A stretch of DNA of 64,000 nt from Octopus vulgaris (taxonomy: Eukaryota), in contig OX597814.1 of NCBI GenBank assembly GCA_951406725.2, positions 128,030,001 to 128,094,000 of the forward strand. Direction: 5' to 3'. The notes beneath the pieces are model-generated. The model did not search any database, had not been told where the DNA came from, and saw only the letters and a program-made list of their open reading frames with translations. The number at the start of each line of letters is the position of its first letter. The first letter of the stretch is position 1. The translations under genes were made by a program, and so were the position numbers. Shown here piece by piece: positions 53,750-64,000 of the stretch.

Positions 53750-53799
<50 letters not shown>

Positions 53800-53950
53800 A
53801 AATAAGAAAATGGAGGAATAGATTTCCTCCATTTTCTTATTTTGTATTTTAGCATTTATGTATTAACCTTTCTGGGTACTTTACTGGCAGTATATTGGAT
53901 AAATGATATCCCATAGTGGGGTACACTCATAACCCCTATCTCACTTTGTA

Positions 53951-54013
<63 letters not shown>

Positions 54014-54235
54014 TTCAACATCATCATCATCATAATCATTTAATGTCCATTTCCATCCTGGCATGGGTCAAATGGTTTGACTGAAAACTGATAAGCTGGG
54101 AAGCTGCACCAGGTTTCAATCTGATTTGGCATGGTATCTACGGCTTGAGAATAGACTTGACTGAACAACTATAAATAGTAGCAGTCTAAGTGAAAGAGAC
54201 AGAGAGAGAGAGAGAGAGACACACACACACAGAGA

Positions 54236-54266
<31 letters not shown>

Positions 54267-54269
54267 TAG

Positions 54270-55668
54270 GTGTTAATCGCAGGAAGTCGTAAGGTGGTGT
54301 TTTGGTAGCTTGTCGGAATATCGTTCATTGGTTCATATATACTTTGTGGAGAGTTTGTTGGATTGTTACGTTGTTACTACCCTGCTTCGTTATATGTTTT
54401 ATTGTTACTACACAGTTATAGTGCTAAATAGTATCGCTATAACAAAGAGGATTCGAAGCTCACACAGGTCAGTTAACAAATTTTTTGTGATACAAAATTG
54501 TTGATGATGGAAGACCTGTTAGCTTCTCTAATACAATTGCAAAAACAGCAGAAAGAACAGCAACAGGAGGTGCAGAAACAACTACTGCAGCAACAAGAAA
54601 AACAACAACAGTTAATGGAGCTATGTCTTAAGAGGTTTGGAAATACTATAAGTTTGTTTTCACCAGACAGCACATCAAAATCTATAACAGAATTCAGTTA
54701 TGACCCAGAGGAGGGTATAATGGTTGCAGTGTACTTTAAAAGGTATGAAGAAATCTTTAAGGAAGATTGCAAGTCGTGGACGGACAAGGAAAAAGTAAGA
54801 TTGTTATTATGCAAATTAGCACTGGCTGAACATGAAAAGTATTGTTATTTCATACTACTCAAAAAACTAGTGAAATTTGTTTCCAGGAAACAGTCAATCT
54901 ACTATCAAAAATATTCAGTGATAAGAGTTCTTTATTTAACACTCGGTGGGAGTGTTGGAATCTAGTTAAAAAAGAGGATGAAGACTTTGTTACATATGCC
55001 AGGACCGTAAACCGAATGTGTGAAAGTTTAAACTGAAGAAACTAACTCCTGATATGTTTAAGTGCCTCGTTTTTGTACAAGGGCTCATGGCAAAAAATGT
55101 TGCGGAGATATGTGCAAGAATTCTCACAAAACTTGAACAAGCAGACCAAAGTTTAACCCCACAGACAGTTGCAGAGGATTATCAAAGAATGGTAAACTTA
55201 TGTCAGGACATAAAGAAAATTGAAAAGAAGTTCTCACAAGTACAAGTGCATTGGCCAGGAAGGTATAAACAAAAAAAATAAATAAAATAAGATGAAACTG
55301 ATGCTACAGATGTGGAGCCCCACATTTCAGGAAGGATCGTCTTTTCAAAACACAAAAATGTTGCAGTTGCCAAATTGTAGGATACAAGAGCTCACATTGT
55401 AAAGCAAAGTTAAGAAGGTCAACATGTTTTCTCAACAGAAAGTAGAAGTGACACCAAAAAGAGGAAATTTGTTCATGTAAAAGTAAACGAAGGTGCAGGA
55501 GTGGCTGTGTGGTAAGTAGCTTGCTTACCAACCACATGGTTCCGGTTTCAGTCCCACTGCAAGGAACCTTGGGCAAGTGTCTTCTACTATAGCCTCGGGC
55601 TGACCAAAGCCTTGTGAGTGGATTTGGTTGACGGAAACTGAAAGAAGCCCATCGTATATATGTATATG

Positions 55669-55747
<79 letters not shown>

Positions 55748-57350
55748 TTGTCTTCCTAACATCGCTTGACAACCGATGTTGGTGTGTTTACTTCCCCGTA
55801 ACTTAGCATTTCGACAAGAGAGACCGATAGAATAAGTACAGGCTTACAAAAGAATAAGTGCTGGGGTCGATTTGCTCGACTAAAGGCGGTGCTCCAGCAT
55901 GGCCGCAGTCAAATGACTGAAACAAGTAAAAGAGTAAAAAAGAGAGAAGTGGATATTAAATTACAACTAGATACTGGTAGCAACATCTCAATTATTAATA
56001 CCAACACATGGAAAAGAATTATGAAACCTATGTTAAGAAAAACATCAAAATTCCACGAGGCACAGGAGTGGCTGTGTGGTAAGTAGCTTGCTTACCAACC
56101 ACATGGTTCTGGCACCTTGAGCAAGTGTCTTCTACTATAGCCTTGGGCTGACCAAAGCCTTGTGAATGGATTTAGTAGACGGAAACTGAAAGAAGCCTTT
56201 CGTATATATGTATATATATGTGTGTGTGTATATGTTTGTCTGTGTTTGTCCCCCCAACATCCCTTGACAACCGATGTTTACGTCCACGTAACTTAGCGGT
56301 TTGGCAAAAAAGACCGATAGAATAAGTACTAGGCTTACAAAGAATAAGTCCTGGGATCGATTTGCTCAACTAAAGGCGGTGCTCCAGCGTGGCCACAGTC
56401 AAATGACTGAAACAAGTAAAAGAGTAAAAGAGGGTAAAGGGAGGAATGACAAGTGAAAAACTACATTTTGTAGGCGAAATGTGGAGTGATATCGGGGAAA
56501 AACCTATAGAGCAAAAGTTTTTATGGGAAGCAATGCAACCAATCTGTTCTGTAGAGACTGGTTGGAGTTGTTTTGTTCATGGGACTTCCCCATAAGTCTG
56601 TTCTGTAAAAAAAAATAAATAGCTGTCTTACCAATGAAAATAGCTCAGCAGCTGATTTGAAGAAGAAATTAAAAAACTTGTTTCCTGAAGTGCTGTAGGA
56701 TAAATTAGGTCTCTGTTCTAAGACTGAGGCCTGTTTTCAAATAAAGGAAAATATCGTACCTGTATTCAAACCTAATAGAAAGGTAGCAGTTGTTGTGATA
56801 AAGCAGGTAGAGGAAGAATTAGACAGAGTGGAGATGGGAATTATTCAAAAAGTATATTATTCTAAGTGGACAGGACCAACTGTGTATTAAAAAGAAAATA
56901 ACAAAATCATGGTGTGTGCTGATTTTTCTACTGCCATATCCAATGCCTACTCTGGAGGATATTTTTTGCAAAATTAAATAGTGGCAAAATATTTTCAAAA
57001 CTGGATCTGTCTGATGCATGTCTACAAATTAAAGTAGACGAGGAATGCTTGAAGCTTCTAACAGTGAATACGCAAAGAAGACTATACAAATATAATAGAT
57101 TGCCATTTGGTCTGAAGGCTGCACCTGCAATATTTCAAGTTATGGATATGATGTTGTTGAACTGTCAGTTTGCAATTCTGTACTGTGGTGATGTATTAAT
57201 TAAAAGTGAAACTTGTGATCAGCATATTGAACATGTGTGCTTTTTAAAAAATAAAAGATTACAGTTTCACACTCAGTGAGGAGAAATGTGAATTCTTTGT
57301 GCCTAAAATTAAATATTTAGGAGAAATTATAGATAAAAATGGAAGATGAT
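54270..57350 (+). mobile_element. Decayed Ty3/Gypsy LTR retrotransposon (gag-protease-RT), interrupted by two SINE A copies
   Basis: Gag TEFSYDPE..YFKRYEEIF, zinc-knuckle remnant CYRCG..H, protease LQLDTGSNISII, RT IFSKLDLSDA, RLPFGLKAAPAIFQ, degenerate YxDD. Putative LTR end ..TTAACA at 54478. Confidence 0.88.
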
Positions 57351-59010
57351 CAAGAAAGTGAATCTCATTGACCTTTTTGTGTGCACAGTTTGTAACAAAG
57401 TATGCCTTTCTTTTGCTGGGCTCAAATCTCATTTGTGGACTCATGAAAAATGAATCTACTAACTATATGGGTGAAAAATGACATCTTATATAGTTAAGAA
57501 ATTCTTGGCTTTGTTCATTGCAACAATAAAGCTTTTTTGTAGAGGATTAAAGCAGATTCTATCCTTTTCTTGATTCTTGTCTTCTGTGCAGTGGATGGCA
57601 TCTTATTGTTACACCCCAATAACTTCAGCTCTTATACCAATTGCTATAGTTTTCTCTGAAACCAGACAGAGGAAGACTGTAACAGAAATGTCAATTGGAT
57701 AAACAGGCAAGTTAAACTAATGACTGCTTGGATTGAATCTTGACATTCTTGGCACTTGATAGAAGTACACTTCACTCTGAAAGGAAATCTACAGTTTTGT
57801 TTACTGATGTTCCCGTCCAGCAAACTCTCTCCGAACTAGCAGTTCCATTTAGTTCACTGATGTACAAAAAGCACCATCCGATCGTGGCCGTTGCCAGCCT
57901 CGCCTGGCCTCCATGCCAGTGGCATGTAAAAAGCACCATCCGATTGTGGCGGTTTGCCAGCCTCGTCTGGCACCTGTGCTGGTTGCACGTAAAAAGCACC
58001 CACTACACTCATGGAGTGGTTGGAGTTAAGAAGGGCATCCAGCCGTAGAAACATTGCCAGATCAAACTGAGCCTGGTGCAGCCTTCTGGCTTCCCAGACC
58101 CCAGTTGTACCATCCAACCCATGCTAGCATGAAAAGCGGACGCTAAACGAAGATGATGATGAACAATGATATATTGACTCACAATGCTCACTCCAGTCAG
58201 AGTTCACTAGCAAAGCTGTTCATACAGGTGCAGGAGTGGCTGTGTGGTAAGTAGCTTGCTTACCAACCACATGGTTCTGGGTTCAGTCCCACTGCGTGGC
58301 ACCTTGGACAAGTGTCTTCTACTATAGCCTCGGGCTGACCAAAGCCTTGTGAGTGGATTCGGTAGACAGAAACTGAAAAGAAGCCTGTTGTATATATGTA
58401 TATATATGTATGTGTGTGTATATGTTTGTGTGTCTGTGTTTGTCCCCCACCCACCATCATCACTTGACAACTGATGCTGGTGTGTTTATGTCCCTGTAAC
58501 TTAGCAGTTCGGCATAAGAGACTGATAGAATAAGTACTAGGCTTACAAAGAATAAGTCCTGGGGTCGATTTGCTCAACTAAAAGGCGGTGCTCCAGCATG
58601 GCCACAGTCAAATGACTGAAACAAGAATAAAAGAGTAAAAGAGTATAAAAGAGTATCAGCCTGAAGACTGTGTACCCACAGGGAAAATTCAGAATGCTAC
58701 AAGATCGCCTTCATTAAAATAAATATATTATTAATCTCTACAATGCTGCTGAGAACACTTTCTTCTGATAGTTAATATAACACACACACATTTATGTATC
58801 GTTCAGTAGATCATAAATCCGAAAAGAAGCTCACTCCAAAACTTTAATATCATTTAATTGTTTCAGTTATAAGACTGCAGACATGATAATCAATCCCAAT
58901 CCTTATTTATATATATATAAAGGGAAAGTTTACGAAAATAAACAAAAGACGAAGGCAGGTGGAGTACAAACAAACAAATGTATTAGTATAGCGCCCAGGA
59001 ATAGAAAAAG

Positions 59011-59048
59011 TCTTTTACGTTTCGAGCCTACGCTCTTCGACAGAAAGA
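59011..59048 (-). ncRNA. Ultra-minimal HHR-like motif (A6U variant); duplicate at 60079-60116
   Basis: UCUUU-CUGUCGA-A-GAGC(GUAG)GCUC-GAAA-CG-UA-AAAGA. Confidence 0.6.
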
Positions 59049-59705
59049 TACACAGAAAAAACAAGGAGAGAAAAAAATGTGTGTAGGAGCTAACGATCTA
59101 TCATGGCGTACACACATACAGACATATATACATATATACGATTGGCTTTTTTCACCTTTCATATATCAAATCCACTCACAAGGCTTGGATCTATAGTAGA
59201 AAACACTTTCCCAAGATGCCATGCAGTGGGAATGAACCCAGAATTATGTGGTTGGGAAGCAAGCTTCTTACCACACAGTCAACATATGTACACACACACA
59301 CACACACATGTGCCTTTGGTGCAGGTGTGGCTGTGTGATTAAAAAGCCTGCTTTCCAAGGATATGGTCTTAGGTTTAGTTCCACAGTGTGACACCTTGGG
59401 CAAGTGTCCTCTACTACAGTCCCAGACCAACCAAAGCTTTGGCCGTAGCAAATACTTGCAACACCGGTGTTAGTTCACTTACTGTTTTCCAATTCCTTGC
59501 TGTCTGAGCATGCTAGGTGTGAGAACATGGTAATGAAAATGTTCGCTAAGGCAGAGATGTGTCTTACTTTAAAGATAGTAAAATGTTGAGTTAAGAGAAA
59601 TTTAACTAGTATTTCTAACAGATGAAACGATCATGAAAAGACATATCTTGTATTGCTGATTGCTCGAATGTTTTTTCATTGGTTATATATGTGAGTGATG
59701 TATGG

Positions 59706-59770
<65 letters not shown>

Positions 59771-59862
59771 ATATTAATTCGAGACAAAACCACTATTTTG
59801 CAAAACAAACAAGGAAAGACTTAATCAATACATAAAAATTTTTAATATAAAGAAATAAACCG

Positions 59863-59905
59863 CCACTACAATCGTTTCATGTCTTCAATGACATTCGTCA
59901 GGTGG
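59863..59905 (-). ncRNA. Minimal type I hammerhead ribozyme (left arm)
   Basis: Exact reverse complement of 60313-60355. Confidence 0.8.
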
Positions 59906-60312
59906 ATTTTCGATCTCCCAATCTGTTTTAATTTATATTAAATTAAAACAATATATATATCAATCCCAATCCTTATTTATATATATAAAGGGAAAGTTTA
60001 CGAAAATAAACAAAAGACGAAGGCAGGTGGAGTACAAACAAACAAATGTATTAGTATAGCGCCCAGGAATAGAAAAAGTCTTTTACGTTTCGAGCCTACG
60101 CTCTTCGACAGAAAGATACACAGAAAAAACAAGGAGAGAAAAAAATGTGTGTAGGAGCTAACGATCTATCATGGCATACACACATACAGACATATATACA
60201 TATATACGATTGGCTTTTTTCACCTTTCATATATCAAATCCACTCACAAGGCTTGGATCTATAGTAGATATAGTATATAATATAAATTAAAACAGATTAG
60301 GAGATCGAAAAT

Positions 60313-60355
60313 CCACCTGACGAATGTCATTGAAGACATGAAACGATTGTAGTGG
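60313..60355 (+). ncRNA. Minimal type I hammerhead ribozyme (right arm), canonical core
   Basis: CCAC-CUGACGA-AUGUC(AUUGAA)GACAU-GAAA-CGAUUG-UA-GUGG; predicted cleavage after 60351. Confidence 0.8.
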
Positions 60356-60534
60356 CAGTTTATTTCTTTATATTAAAAATTTTTATGTATTGATTAAGTC
60401 TTTCCTTGTTTGTTTTGCAAAATAGTGGTTTTGTCTCAAATTAATATTATATAATATTTTACTATAAAATTGGATTTAATCCTAAATCTGATTTTTTCCC
60501 TGTAAATTTGGATTTATTCCCTAATATTTATTAT

Positions 60535-60607
<73 letters not shown>

Positions 60608-60869
60608 TGAAATTTAAAATGAGGGTGAGAAATTAGATATTAATTTAATTAACATTGATTTCACACTAGTGGTCTAGCATATAAAAAAAAACTGAAGATT
60701 CAGTAAAATTGTATTATATACATATTAGAGGGAAACCACTATGTGGACACCCTTATGCAAGAAATAGATCGTCCACAAAGTGGTTTCCCTCTAATATGTA
60801 TGACCGCATGTGTACCGTTGGCGATTGTTTTCCTTCATCTTCCCTTCTTTGGATCTTTCCTTTTCCTAT

Positions 60870-60904
60870 GTTTCTGATGAAGAGCTCCGCTCGATACGTT
60901 AAAC
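60870..60904 (+). ncRNA. Ultra-minimal HHR motif, GAAA mutated to GAUA
   Basis: GUUU-CUGAUGA-A-GAGC(UCC)GCUC-GAUA-CG-UU-AAAC. Confidence 0.62.
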
Positions 60905-61102
60905 CCTCCTTCTTTCCTTCTTTCCTGAGAGTCCAATAACACTATACTTGTTCCACGTCCTTGCGTTGTTGTGTTTTCTCTTTGTGTTTTCATGTTTGGA
61001 TTAACTATATATATATATATATATATGTATATAATAATCATTTATACAATAATTTCCATATTATTATTTTATTATTATGTATTTCATTCTTACTTCCTTT
61101 AG

Positions 61103-61289
61103 CTGTGTGTTAATGGAAAGAAGGCTATCATCGGCATCTCACTCAACAATGGCATGTGGCAGCATGTTTCTGTAACTTGGGCCAGTAAGGAAGGAAAATG
61201 GCAGCTTTATCGGAATGGCACAAGAATTGCACATGGAGAAGGACTTGCTACAGGGACCATGTTGCCTGTAGGCGGAAAGTTGTTTATTG
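61103..61289 (+). CDS. SVEP1: SVEP1-like exon: pentraxin domain, middle part
   Basis: cctttag|CTG ... G|gtaaat (phase 0-1, after a 19.6-kb intron); LCVNGK...LNNGMWQHVSVTWASKEGKWQLYRNG...GGKLFIG. Confidence 0.92.
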
Positions 61290-62743
61290 GTAAATTTTAT
61301 TTGGAACTTTTAATTCATATTTTTTCATAAAACAATACTGAAAATCCCAGAAAAAATAAAATTGAAGAAATCTAATATTCAAATTTGACCTGGACGAGAG
61401 AGGGCATGTCATTGATGAAGTTGTGAATGGTGATGAGAGGACTTTGACAAACATCTGATTGGTTAATTAACCAACTGATTAAGCAAGTAAACAGTTAGTT
61501 AGTTGGTTAGATAACTAACCAAATGACTAATAAAAAAGAAGTGAAATTGAACCTGTACATGTGTTTATTGTTAACATAATGACCCTCCCAAAATACAACC
61601 AAAACTAGCATTTCTTTGTCTTTGATGTAATTAAAAATATGATCACCTGATGTTAGACAAGTATCATGGAGAAAGTCTGTACTCTTTTAGTTGGACTGAA
61701 CTAGCATGATCAATAGTGTTGGACAAAATGTGTAGCTAGCAGTGGTTAGTTATGATACATGACATTCTGAGTTTAATCTCACTAAGGTCAACCTTGTCTT
61801 GCATCATCATCATCATCGTTTAACGGCTGCTTTCCATGCTAGCATGGGCTGGACGGTTTGACTGTGGGCTGGTAAACCAGATGGTTGCACCAGGCTCCAG
61901 TCTTGATCTGGCAGAGTTACTACAGCTGGATGCCCTTCCTAACGCCAACCACTCCAAGAGTGTAGTGGGTGATTTTTACGTGCCACCGGCACGGGGTCCA
62001 GTCAGGCGGTACTGGCAATGACCTCGCTCGAATTTTTTTACACATGCCACCATCACAGGTGCCAGTAAGGCAACGTTGGTAACAATCACGCTCGAATGGT
62101 GCCTTTTACATGCCAATGGCACGGAAGCCAGTTAGCCGCTCCGGCAATGATCACGCTTGGATGGTGCTCTTAGCACCCTACTAGCACGGGGCCAAGTTGA
62201 TATAATGAAGGGCCAATCAAATGTATGGCTAATTTAATTGCTTATCCTCCTCCCCAAATTGTGACCTTGTGCTTATAGTAGATACAAAGATTTTTTTCAG
62301 TCATTAGACTGTGACCATGCTGCGGCACCACCTTGAAGAATTTTTGTCAAATGAATCAACCCCAGCACATATATAAAGCATGGCACTTATTCCATCAGTA
62401 TCTTTTGCTGAACTGCTAGGTTGCAGGGATGTAAACACACCAACACTGATTATCAATTGGTGGTGGAAAAGTACAAAAACACAGACACAGGTCACACACA
62501 CACATAAATACAAAGGTACATACATGACAGGTTTCTTTCAGTTTTTGTCTACTAAATCCACTCAAAAGGTTTTGGTTGGCTTGAAGTAGGACTGAACTCA
62601 GAGCCCTGTGATTGAGAAACAAATTTCTTAGCAAATAGTCATGCTTGCACCTTCATTCGTATAAACGAAGAATTTAAATATATTTCAATATAAATTATAT
62701 TTCTTTATTTAACCTTTTTTTATTGTAAATTGTTATTAAATTT

Positions 62744-63061
62744 TGTTGTGTCTGGGGAGAGTCATTTTCTTTTTGTGCCTTATAATTTAACACACATACT
62801 GGTAAAATTTCCACTTATTCCTTGTTTTCCTAAACTTTTCGTTGCGTCTTGCAACCTTTTCAATAGTCAAAAGTATTGAAAAGGTTGCAAGATGTAACGA
62901 AAATTTTAGGAAAATAAAAACAAGAAATAAGTGGAAATTTTATTGTGAGTGTGTTACATTATAAGGCACAAAAAGAAAATGACTCTCCCCAGACACAACA
63001 GAATATACTTCAACACATGAACTCATATAAAGAATCTTGCAAACCAAATCCCAAAACGAAA
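62744..63061. mobile_element. Palindromic element (hairpin plus tail) with 13-bp TSD and U3-A8 HHR-like motifs in both arms
   Basis: Arms 62745-62865 and 62874-63000; tgttattaaattt at 62731-62743 and 63062-63074. Confidence 0.78.
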
Positions 63062-63265
63062 TGTTATTAAATTTGTTATTCATAATTAAATTTGTTACTG
63101 AATATCAGTAATCTGATATAATGCAAATATGACGTCCTGGAACTAAATAATGGTGGACTGCTATAAATATATATTGTAAATGAATAAATCGTAATCTGCG
63201 ATGAATATGGCATGTACTAGGACTGACTAACAGTAACCTATTGTAAATATGTGTTTTATTTGTAG

Positions 63266-63490
63266 GACAAGATGCCAATGTACAGTATGGGGCAGCGAAT
63301 GCCTTTGAAGCTTATATAGGGGAGATAACTCAGATGAACATCTATGACCAGGTTCTGAACGATTCCGAAGTGAAAGATATTGCCAATCAAGTGACTTGTA
63401 ACCAAAAATTTGGTAATGTGTTGACTTGGAGCGAATTTGCACTAAATGTAAAAGGAAATGTTACGATTAGACAGAATTCTTGGTGTCTTG
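63266..63490 (+). CDS. SVEP1: SVEP1-like exon: pentraxin domain, C-terminal part
   Basis: ttgtag|GA ... G|gtaaga; GQDANVQYGAANAFEAYIGEITQMNIYDQVL...GNVLTWSEF...WCL. Confidence 0.92.
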
Positions 63491-64000
63491 GTAAGAAAGA
63501 ATTTATTTAATTTCTTGTTTAGTATTGCCAAGTTTTAATTAGTATTGCTAATCTACATTATTTTAAGTGAAAACACAATGATACATTGCTCGACTTATGG
63601 ATGTATGTTGAAAACCAGGCACGGACGACCTGTTTTCGAGATGTGGGCCGCATAAAACATGGCTAATTATCTAGTGGTCTGCACTACCAAAACAATTCAG
63701 GGTAAATTTTCGTGAAGTGTACTGTTCAGAAAGTCTAACAGGCCGTAGTAGTTTTGATGAATTTTGAGAAACACAAATTTTTTTCAGGCAGCAAATAACC
63801 AAAGCATGCAGTTAATTTTATACTTCAATGGTTCTGCATGTGAAAGAATGTCCCTGAAATCAGGGAGCATCAAAAAGTTAACCGAGAAAAATCATGTGGT
63901 GAGGAAAAGACATTATTACTCATTGACGTTCTTTTCTTTCAGTAACAATGAGAGGCAACTCTTGACATGTTTTGGTCTTATTAGCCCTCTTCAACGAAGC

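Noticed and set aside
58657-58700. CTGAAGA-CTGTG(TACC)CACAG-GGAAA-ATTC
   Set aside because: Good stem II but no stem I pairing and no element context; left uncalled.
63943-64000. Candidate acceptor ttctttcag near the window end
   Set aside because: The phase-compatible frame hits TGA within 7 codons and shows no EGF/Sushi pattern.

Overview
AT-rich, microsatellite-dense eukaryotic DNA. The SINE and (TA)n/(CA)n repertoire looks like an octopus (coleoid cephalopod) genome; this is an inference. The whole window lies inside one + strand gene. Twelve GT-AG, phase-compatible exons (2526 nt, about 842 codons; start and stop lie outside the window) encode Sushi, a basic-site linker, 3 ephrin-receptor-like (GCC2/GCC3) repeats, 6 EGF and a pentraxin domain, which is the central architecture of SVEP1/polydom. 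The introns are filled with tRNA-derived SINEs, RTE/CR1/Tx1/R4-like LINE fragments, Tc1/mariner, hAT, piggyBac and pogo-type MITEs, a Helitron, a decayed Ty3/Gypsy and a Penelope-like element (PLE). The most notable signal is about a dozen minimal hammerhead-ribozyme (HHR) motifs. One sits 3' of the PLE ORF. The rest lie in short non-coding, often palindromic (hairpin plus asymmetric tail) elements mostly inserted in (TA)n tracts. Two unrelated copies carry a compensatory U3-A8 core. All calls are by-eye readings; no database search or folding was run.
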